A DNA stretch of 64,000 nucleotides from Mobula hypostoma. Taxonomy: Eukaryota. Under the pieces are notes generated by a model. It was not told where the DNA came from and made no database searches. It saw nothing but the letters and a program-made list of their open reading frames with translations. The stretch is taken from the NCBI RefSeq assembly GCF_963921235.1, contig NC_086097.1, positions 124,994,001 through 125,058,000 of the forward strand, in the 5' to 3' direction. The position numbers were made by a program, and so were the translations under genes. Of this stretch, positions 36,671 to 49,088 are shown piece after piece. How positions within the stretch are numbered: the stretch's first letter is position 1; the number at the start of each line of letters is the position of its first letter.

Positions 36671-36901
36671 GGTGTCAAGATGGTTGTTGTGATGCGGCTA
36701 GTGCGGTAGTGTAGTGGGTAATGCTTGTCACTCTCACTTTCAGCTTCCACTGCTGGCTAGCAGTCTCGTGAAAAGGAGAGCCGAGTGTGTAATTCTCTCC
36801 CTGCCTGTACATAACCTCTCCAGCAGCAAGCCTCATGTAGTGCCTCCTCACTGGCGACACAGAGAAACTGAACTCCTTTCAGACAGGCTGAACTACAGAG
36901 G
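36671..36901 (+). ncRNA. Candidate (probably degenerate) HDV-like ribozyme at the 5' end of a non-coding repeat (about 36671-37290)
   Basis: P2 tgtagt/actaca, P3 gcc/ggc, L3 tcctcact, P4 ctgaa/ttcag, J4/2 with C36888, and P1 ggtgtc(36671)/gacaca(36856). Confidence 0.5.
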
Positions 36902-38217
36902 ATGGGGAGGAATTCTGACCCCTGCACACATAGCACACAGGCCCAGCACACTACCCTGGTGCTCGTGAACCAGATCCCCAACCATGGGGAAATAGCTCCA
37001 CTGCCTATGGGCAGCCTCGGGAGAGAAAAAGGCTATGGGAATAAACCCAGACAGCAAATCTGGAGTAGAACCCCTAAGGAGGCTGGATGTCATTGAACAT
37101 CCTTCCAGCAGCTCCTGCAGCCAAGCTGGTGCCAAACGTATTGCTTCATCAGCTTTCCTTTGGACTACACTGGTGAGTCTGGGTGGTGGATCTTGACGAC
37201 TGGGCATCTCAGGATCTCCATACCTTCTGCCCAGGCTTGTGATGATGATCATCATCACCCATTACCTTTCAAGACAGATGGATGCCTCCAACACATTGTT
37301 ACTACCTTTTTCTTCTGTATTTGCACACGTTGTTGTCTTTTGCACGTGGCTGAACGCCCGACTTGGTGTGGTCTTTCATTGATGCTATTATGGATTTATT
37401 AGCTATGCCCACAATAAAATGAGTCTCAGGGTTGTATTTGGTGACATATATGTACTTTGATAATAAATTTATTTTGAACTTTGATGTTTTCTAAGTTGAA
37501 ATTTCAATGCAATGAGGTACAATGTTGAAGATGCTGTTTCCCAGATGAGATGTGATCTTGCCTAGTCTCTGATAGGTGAGAAAAGAGTTAGTTGAAGAAG
37601 AGCAGAGTTCACTTGTGCCCTGACCAATACTTACACTCCAATTAGCATCACTAAAGCTGATTGTGGGCATGCTACGTTGAAACCAGAATGAGTGACAATA
37701 CTTTCAGGCTGCTCCCCAGCGCACCCTCTGGTGTGTTAGTTCTTAACGCAAACTACGCTTCCACTGTACAGTTCAATGTACACGTGTTCAGCTGAAATAC
37801 ACGAAGCCTTTCATGTCAGTAATCAACCTAAAAGTCCATTATGTTGATTCTTGGGAGATCAACATGTGAAGAATTATTGAGCCAGTAGGAGTGGTTTTAC
37901 CAAAGGATGTAAGATACTGCAAGGGATTGACATGGAAGAGGCCAAGAGAATGTCTCGCCTGTTGTAGAACTCTAGAACTGTGGGATATAGTTTTAAAAAT
38001 AAGGAATTTTGTATTTAAAACCAACATATAGAGGAGTTTCTTCTCTGAGGGGGTGGTGAATTTTTGGAATTCTCCTGTCCACGGAGTTGTGAAGACTGTC
38101 ATTGGATATATTCAAATTGGAGACTGGTTGTCATTTGAACGTTTTCCGTGCTGGAGCAGGTTGAAGGGGGTGAGTGACCGACTCCTGACCCTGTTATGAT
38201 CTCATATTTCATACAGA

Positions 38218-38781
38218 TACTCAGTGGCTATTTTATTAGGTACCTTGTACATCTGCTTGTTAATGCAAATGTCTAATCAGTCAATCATGTGGCTGCAACT
38301 CAATGCATAGAAGCATGCAGACATGGTCAAGAGGTTCAGTTGCTCAGATCACACATGAGAATGGTGAAGAAATGTGATCGAAGTGACTTTGACCACGGAA
38401 TGATTGTTGGTGCCCGATGGAGTGTTTTAGTGGTCTCAGAAACTGCTGATCTCCTGGGATTTTCACACACAACAGTCTCCAGAGCTTATGGAGAATGATG
38501 TGAGAAACAAAAAACATCCAATGAGTTGTAGTTCTGCAGACAAAAATGTCTTGTTAATGACAGAGGTCAGAGAAGAATGGCCAAACGGATTCAAGCTGAA
38601 AGGAAGGCAACAGTAACTTAAATAACCACAGTGGCGTGCAGAAGAGCATCTCTGAACACACAACACATCAAACCTTGAAATGGATGGCTACGACAGCAGA
38701 AGGCCACAAACATAGAGAAGCACGGTCAGTGGCTGCTTTATTAGGGACCTCCTGTAACTAATAACGTGGCCACAGAGTGTA
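38218..38781 (+). mobile_element. Tc1/mariner-like non-autonomous DNA transposon; other copies at 51388-51909(+), 25450-25749(+), 21610-21850(-), 39010-39155(-) and 18010-18105(-)
   Basis: TIR-like cagtggc(c)actttattagg / cctaataa(a)gtggccac(t/a)g with TA ends. Remnant KCDLSDFDRGMIVGAR..SISETADLLGFS..TVSR resembles the Tc1 transposase HTH. Confidence 0.8.
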
Positions 38782-40599
38782 GTTTCAAAATAAGGAATTT
38801 TGTATTTAAGATCAAAGTGTGGAGGAATTTCTTCTGTCAGAGGGCAGTGAATTTTTGGAATTCTCTTTTCCACAGTGTTGTGAATGCTGTGTCACCAGAT
38901 ATATTCTTTTTGGAGACTGGTTGTCATTTGAACGTTTTGAATACTGGAGCAGGCTGAAGGGGGTGAGTGACCTACCCCTGCCCCCGTTTGTTACCTTCTC
39001 CTGTTTGGTATATACACTCCGTGGTGACTTGGTTAGGTATGTCCGTGGTCTCCTGCTGCTGTGGTCCATCCATTGCAAGGTATGATGTGTTGTGCATCCG
39101 GAGGTGCTCTTCTGCACACCACTGTCGTAAGGCATGGTTATTTGAGTTACTGTCGCCCCCTCTGGGATGGTACGCTACTAAAATAATTGAGGGAGTGCTT
39201 CACCCAACCTGACCCCTCCCCCTGTAGGACGCTATATTGTGGTCCTTCCCGGAGAAGAGTTTACAACGTTATGAGAAGCATAGATTGGCTAGATTGTCAG
39301 AGCCTTGTTCCCATTGTGGAAATATCAAATACAAGAGTGCAGAGCTTTACATTGAGAGGGGGAAAGTTGAGAGGAGATTTACACAGCAAGTTACACAGCC
39401 AGGGAAAAGCAGGGAATTTAATGGTGGAAGCAGATACAATCACAACATTTAAGAGGCCTCAGACGGAAAAACGAACAGGATATAGACCGTCTCAGACAGA
39501 TGCACTTATCTTACTTAACCATCATGGTCGGCACAGATCCCCTGGGCCAAAGGGCATTTTCCTGTGCTGTGCTGTTCTACATTCTGTGAAATGAAAATCA
39601 AGAACTGCAGATGCCGGAAATCTGAGTTACAAACAGAAAATGTTGGAAGCAGTTTGTAGGCAAGGCGGCATCAGTGAATCAGTGAGAGGCAGTTAATGTT
39701 TAAGTGTGGGGCCCTTTGTCAAGACTGGTCAGAGGTCAGTGGGTGGAGCAAACAAGCTATCTCTGATTGGGTGAATGGTTACTGGGGTAGGTACAAGCAA
39801 TTTAAACTCCAAGAATCAAGATTGTTTATAGTCATTCTTCAGTACGTGAGTGTAAAGGAGAATGAAATGATTGTTATTCTGGACCCAATGCAGCATAAAA
39901 ATGCACAACAAGTGTAAAAAGCACATTAAGTATAAATTTACCAGCAAAACTATAAAGCAAAATGTTCAAGTCGCTTTGAGTATAGGTAGATAAATACAGA
40001 GACACTGAATCAGAATCAGTTTTGATATTACTGACATATGTCGTGACATTTGTTATTTTGTGGCAGCAGTACATAAAAATATTATAAGTTACAATAATAA
40101 ATATATACTAAAAATTAAATTAAATAAGTGGCGCAAGAGAAGAGCAAAACGAGTGAGATAGGGTCTATAGGTTGGTTCATTGTCCGTTAAGAAATCTGAT
40201 GGTGAAGAAACTGTTGCTAAAACTGAGTCTGTTTTCAGGCCCCTGTACCTCCTTCCTGATAGTCGGAATAAGAAACAAGCAAGTCCAGGGTGATGGGGGT
40301 TCTTAATGATAGATGCCGCCTTTTTGAGGCATTGCCTTTTGAAGATACCCTGACAGGAGATGATACAGTGACAGTGACTCTTGGGAAGAGGAACTCTTCC
40401 AGGTAGAGCAGGGCACATGAAAGCACAGTCAGACAGTGACTATGTCAGTACAGGTAGGAGACGTGGAGTGTAAGTGTAAGCTGGCGGTGGAGAGTATGCA
40501 ACGTGCTTTTATCAGCAAGGTTGTGGGACTAAGCCAGCAGACTAACCTAGCTACTGTGAATAGAATAAGGAAAGCTAAGCCATAGTAATAACAGGCATC

Positions 40600-40988
40600 A
40601 ATGTCTCCCCGAAAATTGTTGGTCTGGCAGCATGTCAAGATGCCCATGGAGGAAATCTTCCCACTGGCACGTTCCAGGCTTTGGGTGTACGTGGTGAGGG
40701 ATGCATTGAAGCATAGTGAAGCTAGCGCAAGGGCTCAGTGGGGAAGGACCACAGCCTAGGGTTCTTCCGCTACTGGAAAATGAGGAGTCAGGTTGGGTGA
40801 GGAAGCCCCTTGATCATTGTAGTAATGTATCACCCCAGGGGGCTACATGAGTGACAACAGCCCTATTGGTGTGTAGGAATGTAATAGAACAGCACTGACT
40901 ATGAATGTGAGAATGAAAATGTATTGCACAGTTTATTCTTGTAAATATTTTTATCATGAATAAAGTCTATTTTGATATATAAAAAAAC
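40600..40988 (+). mobile_element. Probable 3' end of a decayed Tx1/L1-clade LINE
   Basis: Remnant LARSRLWVYVVRDALK...AQWGRTTA*, then AATAAA and an A-run at about 40960-40988. Confidence 0.45.
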
Positions 40989-41514
40989 AGGTAGCAACAG
41001 CCAGTTCTGACGCAGAAAGCAAGTGTGGAGTCAGAGAACTCGATGGTGAGTCTGCACAACTGTAGTGTGCCCAGAGGGAAGGTGATGTGTTCCTCAGACT
41101 CGCTCTGAGCCTTGGAACAGTGCAGGAGGGCACAGACAGCAGATCAGAGTGGCAGTGGGGTGGTGAGTTAAAGTGACATGTTTCAGGATACACTGCACTT
41201 GAGCAATTTTCTTTCATTCCTGCTATTCACTATTGGTTTCACAAATCCTAATGTTTCTGAAAAGTATCAAATTCTACACTTAGTCACAGTTATAAAACAC
41301 TACAGCACAGAAACAGGCCATTTGGCCCATCTAGTCTGTGCCAAACCATTAATCTGCCTAGTCGCATCACCTAGACCATAGCCCTCTTATCCATGAACCT
41401 TTCCAAATACTTCCGGGGCGCCTAGGCACGACTCAAGTAGCAGCAGTACCCTCATCGGATACAATTAAATATTCAGTCTGATACAGCTAAAAAGCACAAC
41501 TGCTTCCAAGGTCA

Positions 41515-42074
41515 GTACTTTATACTTTATTGTTGCCAAACAATTGTTACTAGAATGTACAATCATCACAGCGATATTTGATTCTGCGCTTTCCTCTCCC
41601 TGGATTACAAATATTAAATACTTAAAATATTAAAAATAGTAAAAATTAGTAAATATTGGAAGTTTAAATTATAATCATAAATAGAAAATAGAAAAGGGAA
41701 AGTTAGATAGTGCAAAAAAACCAAGAGGCAGGTCTGGATATTTGGAGGGTACAGCCCAGATCCGGGTCAGGATCTGTTCAGCAGTCTTATCACAGTTGGA
41801 AAGAAGCTGTTCCCAAATCTGGCTGTTTGAGTCTTCAAGCTCCTGAACCTTCTCCCAGAGGGAAGAGGGATGAAAAGTGTGTTGGCTGGGTGGGTCGTGT
41901 CCTTGATTATCCTGGCAGCACTGCTCCGACAGCATGCGATGTAAAGTGAGTCCAAGGACGGAAGATTGGTTTGTGTGATGTGCTGTGCCGTGTTCATGAT
42001 CTTCTGCAGCTTCTTCCGGTCTTGGACAGGACAACTTCCATACCAGGTTGTGATGCACCCTAGAAGAATGCTTT
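41515..42074 (-). mobile_element. Rex1/Babar 3' end (family B)
   Basis: Near-identical to 63330-63898. Encodes [23 protein letters not shown]...FGNSFFP and has an (aagtat)n tail. Confidence 0.9.
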
Positions 42075-42466
42075 GTGGGGATGGAACTGGACTCTCTGAC
42101 GATGGTGTCTGAAAAGAGGATGCTGTCCAAGTTGTATGCCATCTTGGACAATGTCTCTCATCCACCACATAACGTACTGGTTGGGCACAGGAGCACATTC
42201 AGCCAGAGACTCATTCCACCGAGATGCAACACTGAGCGCAATAAGAAGTCATTCCTGCCTGTGGCCATCAAACTTTACAACTCCTCCCTTGGAGGGTCAG
42301 ACACTCTGAGCCAATAGGCTGGTCCTGGACTTATTTCCATCTGGCATAATTTACATATTATTATTTAATTATTTATGGTTTTATATTGCTATTTTTATAC
42401 TCTATTCTTGGTTGGTGCAACTGTAACGAAACCCAATTTCCCTCGGGATCAATAAAATATGACTAT
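42075..42466 (+). mobile_element. Rex1/Babar 3' end (family A)
   Basis: Near-identical to 20078-20420 (GMELDSLT.VSEKRMLSKL...GGSDTLSQ*). Confidence 0.9.
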
Positions 42467-42746
42467 CTTTAGACAGCGGCCAGTGAGTGAGTGGGCCAGT
42501 GAAGGAGTGGAGCTTTGAGGCTTTGACTCGAGAGATTCTGGCAGTTTTGGCAGTTGGTCTGTGCAATCAAGTCAATCGAGATTTGAGTAGATCAGCAGAA
42601 AGCCGTTGATTAGACAATCAAGATTTGAATAGCTCAGACTGAGCAGAAAGCAGCTGATTGGGCAATCGAGGTCAGGTGACCAAACATTTTGAAAAGCTCA
42701 AATGGGTAAATAGAGGGATAGCTCAAGCGGAGTGGCCTGTGGAAAG

Positions 42747-42804
<58 letters not shown>
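42747..42804. repeat. (CCAG)n microsatellite in the CR1 5' UTR
   Basis: Seen directly. The unit ccagtgaaggagtggagctttgaggctttgac also occurs twice (about 42496 and 42801). Confidence 0.9.
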
Positions 42805-42805
<1 letters not shown>

Positions 42806-42876
42806 TGAAGGAGTGGAGCTTTGAGGCTTTGACGAGAAGAGGCGGAGGACAAGCTTGCTCACAGTTAGTTTTTACA

Positions 42877-43857
42877 ATGCCTCCTGAGATGGTGATGTGC
42901 CTCTCATGTGAGATGTGGCAGTATTGGGGGAATGCCCCTCTCCCGCAGAGTCACATCTGCCAGAAGTGCATGCAGCTGGGCGATCTGGAAGACCGTGTAA
43001 GGAATCTGGAGCAGTACCTGGATGACCTTCGACTCGTAAGGGAGAATGAGGCAGTCATTGATGAGAGCTACAGGGAGGTAGTCACACCTAGGCTGCTGGA
43101 AGCAGGTCGTTGGGTGACAGTCAGAGGGGGGAAAGCGAAGGTGAGCAGACAGTTAGTGCAGAGCACCCCTGTAGCCATTCCCCTGAATAATAAGTTTACC
43201 GTCCTGGATACTGTTGGCGGGGACAACCGACCAGGTGTGAGCCACGGTGGCAGGGCCTCCGGCACTGAGTCTGACCCTGTGGTGCAGAAGGGTGGGACGG
43301 AGAAGAGGAGAGCTGTCGTCATTGGAGACTCTATAGTCAGGGGAGCAGACAGGAGATTTTATGGACGTGAGAAGGACACCAGCATGGTTTGTTGCCTCCC
43401 GGGTGCCAGGGTCTGGGATGTCTCTGACCAGGTGCACGACATCCTGGTACAAGAGGGAAAGCAGCCAGAAGTCGTAAAACATGTTGGTACCAACGACATA
43501 GGCAGGAAGAGGGATGAGGTCCTGAAGTGTGAGTTTCGGGAACTAGGCAGAAGGCTGAAGAACAGGACCTCAAGGGTGACGTTCTCAGCATTGCTGCCAG
43601 TGCTACGTGATAGTGATGGTAAGAATTGGAGGAGATGGCAGTTGAATGCGTGGCTGAGGAGTTGGTGCAGGGAGAAGGGTTTTAGATTTTTGGATCATTG
43701 GGATCTCTTCTGGGGAAGGTGGGACCTGTACAGATTGGATGGGTTGCACCTGAACTCGAGGGGGAGAAATATCCTTGCAGGTAGGTTTGCCAGCATGGTT
43801 CGGGAGGGTTTAAACCAATTTGCAAGGGGGATGGGAGTCGGAGCGATAGAGCAGTGA
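42877..43857 (+). CDS. CR1 ORF1p: zinc finger/leucine zipper plus SGNH esterase domain, open frame
   Basis: Motifs CLSC...HICQKC, LEDRVRNLEQYLDDL, VIGDSIVRG, HVGTNDIG and DGLHLN. Followed by the CR1 ORF2 EN start YLNARSIRNK..AITETWL (43945-44247). Confidence 0.88.
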   Translation: MPPEMVMCLSCEMWQYWGNAPLPQSHICQKCMQLGDLEDRVRNLEQYLDDLRLVRENEAVIDESYREVVTPRLLEAGRWVTVRGGKAKVSRQLVQSTPVAIPLNNKFTVLDTVGGDNRPGVSHGGRASGTESDPVVQKGGTEKRRAVVIGDSIVRGADRRFYGREKDTSMVCCLPGARVWDVSDQVHDILVQEGKQPEVVKHVGTNDIGRKRDEVLKCEFRELGRRLKNRTSRVTFSALLPVLRDSDGKNWRRWQLNAWLRSWCREKGFRFLDHWDLFWGRWDLYRLDGLHLNSRGRNILAGRFASMVREGLNQFARGMGVGAIEQ

Positions 43858-44247
43858 AAGAAGTGCATGGAGTAAAGCCAGATCTTAGAGAGGCTTTGAG
43901 GAAAGAGAAGCAGAATAAACAGTGTAAAGGTAGTAAGGCAGAAGGGCTGAAGTGTGTGTACCTCAATGCAAGAAGCATCAGGAACAAAGGTGATGAACTG
44001 AGAGCTTAGACACATACATGGAATTATGATGTAGTGGCCATTACAGAGACTTGGCTGGCACCAGGGCAGGAATGGATTCTCAATATTCCTGGATTTCAGT
44101 GCTTTAAAAGGGATAGAGAGGGGGAAAAAAGGGGAGGAGGGGTGGTACTACTGGTCAGGGATACTATTACAGCTACAGAAAGGGTGGGTAATGTAGCAGG
44201 ATCCTCTTTTGAGTCAGTATGGGTGGAAGTCAGGAACAGGAAGGGAG

Positions 44248-44742
44248 GACTACACAGGACTGAAAGAAGCTGCAGAAGGTTGTAAATCCAGTCAGCTCCA
44301 TCTTGGGCACTAACCTACAAAGTACCCAGGACATCTTTAGGGAGCAGTGTTTCAGAAAGGCAACGTCCATTATTAAGGACCTCCAGCACCCAGGGCATGC
44401 CCTTTTCTCACTGTTACCATCAGGCAGGAGATACAGAAGCCTGAAGGCACACACTCAGCGATTCAGGAACAGCTTCTTCCCCTCTGCCATCTGATTCCTA
44501 AATGGACATTGAACCTTTGGACACTACCTCTTTTTTTAATATACAGTATTTCTGTTTTTGTACTTTTTAAAAATCTATTCAAAATACGTAATTGATTTAC
44601 TTGTTTATTTATTATTATTTTTTTATCTCTGCTAGATTATGTATTGCATTGAACTGCTGCTGCTAAGTTAACAGATTTCACATCACATGCTGGTGATAAT
44701 AAACCTGATTCTGATTCTGATTCTGATTCTGATTCTGATTCT
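44248..44742 (+). mobile_element. Rex1/Babar 3' end (family C) with a (ttctga)n tail, fused directly to the CR1 EN region
   Basis: Encodes IIKDLQHPGHALFSLLPSGRRYRSLK..RFRNSFFPSAI; ends in aataaacctga(ttctga)n. Confidence 0.85.
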
Positions 44743-46512
44743 AAACGTTGAAATCAAATCCGCATCCGCCACTTGTGCTGACAGCTTGTTCCACACACTC
44801 ACCACCCTCTGAATGAAGAAGATCAAAATTAGGTTTATTATCACCAGCATGTGATGTGAAACTTGTTAACTTAGCAGCAGCAGCAGTTAATGTATTACAT
44901 AATATAGAAGAGGAAAAAAAATAAATAAGTGAATCAATTATCGTATATGTATATTGAATAAGTAGTTCCCCCTCAAGTTCCCCTTAAACATTTCACCTTT
45001 CACCCTTAACCCATGACTTATAGTTGTAGTCTCACCCAACCTATACCCTCATAATTTTGTATACTTTTGTATAATTTTATCAAGTCTCCACTCAATCTTC
45101 TGAATTCTAGGGAATAAAGTCCGAACCTATTCAAACTTTCCCTCAAGTCCCAGCAACAGCCTTGTAAGTTTTCTCTGCACTCTTTCAATCTTGTTTATAT
45201 CCTCACTGTAGGTAGTTGACCAAAACTGCACACAATACATCATATTTGGCCTCACCAATGTCTCATACAATTTCAACATAACATCCCAACTCCTGCACTC
45301 ATACATTGATTTATGAAGAGCAATGAGGCAAAAGCTTTCTTTACAATCCTAAGAAACTGCTTAAAATGATCAACATGTCTGTAAAATGTTTGTCTGAAAC
45401 TGAGTGATAGTAGGCACTTGCGTGGAAAAAATTAATAAAGAAAGTTCGAAGGTCAAAGTTCAAAGTAAATTTATTATCTAAGTACATATATGTCACCATA
45501 TACTACCTTGAGATTCATTTTCTTGTAGAACAAAGAAATACAATAGAATCAGTGAAAAACTACAGATTGAGAAGCAACCAATGTGCAAAACAGAAACTGT
45601 GGAATACAATAAAACAAATGATAATAAAAAATAAACAATACTGAGATCTGATCTTTATCTTAATTGAGCTTTATTTGTCACATGTACATCAAAACAGTGA
45701 AATGCGTCAAATCAAATCCGCGAGGATTGTGACACTGCCACCCACATTTGTCACCTCCCTTCCAGCACTAACGTGGCATCGCCGCAGCTCACTCACTCTA
45801 ACTGTACGCCTTTGGAATGTGGAGGAAACCGGAGCACCCAGAGGAAACCCACGCAGTCACAGGGAGAACATGCAAGCTCCTAACAGACAGCGGTGGGAAT
45901 AGTACCTCGATCCAGCGGCTAGCGTTCCTTCCATAACGTAAAAGGTTCTATTTAACTACAAGATCCTTTGAATTTTGAAGCAGAGAGAAATACTAGATTA
46001 GATTTGGAAGCATTGAATTAGCTTGTGAACAAAGCCAGTGTACATGCTTAAGCACCACTTATCTGTAAATTGCACAAAGCCACCAGGCAAATCACATTAC
46101 AATCTTGAATGAGTCTACTTCATTTTAAAAGTGTAAGAACATTGAACAGTAAACGGCAGGCCCTCTATCCCATAATGCGTGCTGACCTTTTACCTTACTC
46201 AAAGATCAATTGTAATGCTTCCCTCTCATGTTGTTCTCCCAGAACAAATCCCTGTGGAACGCCACTGCTCTCCAACCTCCAGGCAGGATACACTCCAACT
46301 TTTATCACCCTCTGCCTTCTGTGGGCAAGCCAATTCTGAATTCAGACAGCTAAGTTTCCCTTGATCCTATGCCTCCCTGACCTTCAGAAGATCTTCTCCT
46401 AAGTTGGAGGACAGTCTGTGCAGGTGGGTGGGTACGAGGAAGGAAGGAAACTTGTTTTGCAGTTGTTGTTTTGGTGCTAGTTGTGTTCTATATTGTTTTG
46501 TCGAGCATTGTG

Positions 46513-49048
46513 TGTTACGTTTGTTCTGTAACAAAGACAAACTTCTGTGGGTAAAAACGCTGGATCTATTTTACTTACAGATTTGTAGAATAGCTTTAGC
46601 TCAACCACATTTTACTCGGGACTGTCCAGTCTGCCAAGGGCGCGTGTGTGTCCTGTTCACCAACGTCACTTCTAGTTCTGAGTGAACCAGCCACATTGCC
46701 CACTGGAACTGAAGTTCTTTATTATGTACACACATAATAACACATCTTCCCTCTTTGAAGAAAATAAACTATGTTCTCATGAGTCCGCAGGACACAATAA
46801 TTCTTTCCAACAGAGATATTTACATTAACTTCAATCGTAATGAGCAAATACATTCCTTTATTCACTCAGTGACTCTCAATCCATCTCTGTGGTGACTTAA
46901 TGATCCCTTTTGGACTACTATTTGTTTCCATAGATGTCTTGCTTTACTGTGCTGCGTTAATGCCAATGTCCTTTTGATAACTCTCATCTATGTGTTCATT
47001 TCTTTCACATCCTTCTGCCCAGATCCTATTTGTTCATCTCTGTTCTTGTTCTTGCTGTGTGACCATAATTCACTCCCTGTGCCTCATAATGGAGCCCTGA
47101 ACTGCATCCATGTGAACAGTGAGTGTTTGCATGAGTTCCAATTGATTCTGTCTCAATTCACAGAGCTCCTTCTGTTGGCTGTGCATCATAGAGAGCAACT
47201 ACTCCTGTGGGTTTCTGTTAAGCTGTTGCTGTTGCTCTGACCTTTGAGTCTGTGTGGTCTCCCCATCTTCCTCTTTTATTTTTCCTCTTCAACTTCAGTG
47301 AGAATCATGTAGATTTTTTTGATTTCCAGTCTTTAAGTAGAAGTCAATGAGAGACAAATTTTGAACCAAAGCTATATGATGTGGAAGCAAGACTGGTGAT
47401 TTCTTCATCATGATCACACTGTACAGCACTGGCATCCTGACTGTCATGCTGAGGTAGCTGATATGAATGTCTATGGAAGATGGAGTTCTTGTGCCTCTCT
47501 TGTATAGCCTCTCTAGAGCTCTCATGGATGCTGTTACAAGTTTCTCGAGTTACATCAGGTAAGCACCCGAGCCTCTCAAAGCCATCTGCACACTCTTTTT
47601 TGAGTGTTGCCTAATCACCTTTGGTTTGTGAAGCCATGATGAAAACTCCTTCCACCAGGTTGAGCCTTTCGCATGCAGTCAGACCTAATATTGGTTGTAT
47701 TCGTTTTTCAATAATCAGTAGCTGTGTTTTCAGGTGCTGCCCCTTGTGCTTGAAGGTCACCATACAGCCTTCTTTTATTGGAACATTTTCTCCTGTACAG
47801 CCTGTCATTTTACAGGGTAAATCTTGCTCTTTACTTTGAGAGTCTTGTAACATCCATGGATAACAGATTTACTTGGGCTCTGATATCAAGCTTGAATGGA
47901 ATTATTGTCTCATTCACAGTCACTGGAAAAATCCATTCTGTTTTACCATCACAGGCAGTCTGTAGAGAATCCACAAAGTATTCCTCTATTTCCTCATCAA
48001 ATGTGTGCACCTTTCTCTTGGTAGCCCCAGCTTTGCAGCACTTGGCAAAATGATTCTTCTTCCCACAATTATTACAGGACTTTCCATAAGCAGGACACTT
48101 CTTTGGGATATGCCTACTTCCACATATGGTGCTTGAGACTATCTCTTTGCTATGCTGTTGCTTTGGGAAACACCTTGTGCTCTGCCCCCCTGTTTTCACA
48201 GCATACGCTGTTGTTTTGGCTCTATGTAGCTCCTTAGCTTGTGTCGTGTGGTCTCCACTGCCTGCCCTACACATATTCACCGCCTTTACTAGCATCAAAT
48301 CATTGTCACAGAGCAAGCTTTCTCTGAGAACATTATCTAGGATTCCTCAAACTATTTTGTCTCTGAATAGTGAGTCTCTCAGATCTCCAAACTCACAGGA
48401 CCTACCCAGTGTGTGAAGCTCATCTAAGTATTGGTCAAAACTAACAGCTTGTTTCTGTTCACAGGAGAAGAACTTATATTGCTCAAACATGACGTTTTTC
48501 CTTGGGACAAAATATGTCTCAAATTTTGCCATAAGAGTGTCCAATGTCAAGGCTATCTCATCACTGTGAAAGCTGTTATAGATGACTAAAGCATCTTCAC
48601 CAATTACATGTAAAAAGATAGACGCTTTCAATTTTCCCTCTGCAACTTCAGCTCTGCTCACCGCTAAATATATCTTGAAATTGCTGTTTGAAACATTTCC
48701 AATTATCAGCTGGATTGTCAGTAAAATGCATAGCTGCAAGGGGATTTGGATTGTCCATGAGGGGATTTTTAGGCTCTCACCTCAATTTCTTGGTGAACTT
48801 CAAGACGGCGTGCTCTCTTGTTGGCAGCTTCTCTCTGTCAGAACTTTGTGTCTCTTTCTTAGCTGCTCATGGTATTCAGCTATGCTTTGTACTGAGACCT
48901 GAAGTCAACTCCTGACACCATGTTATGATTGTTCGTTAACAAAGACAAACTTGAGTGGGTAAAAACACTAGAACTATTTTATTTACTGATTTACAGAATG
49001 GCTTCAACTCGGCTACGTTTTACTTGGGACTCTCCAGCCTGCCAAGAG

Positions 49049-49088
<40 letters not shown>

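Noticed and set aside
42658..43857. Host SGNH/GDSL lipase gene
   Set aside because: It is intronless, has the CR1 ORF1 zinc finger and zipper, and is followed directly by CR1 ORF2. The extension upstream of 42877 is microsatellite read-through.
44700..44742. CRISPR-like or telomere-like short repeats such as (ttctga)n, (aagtat)n and (tatgac)n
   Set aside because: They have no spacers and are LINE 3' tails following AATAAA.
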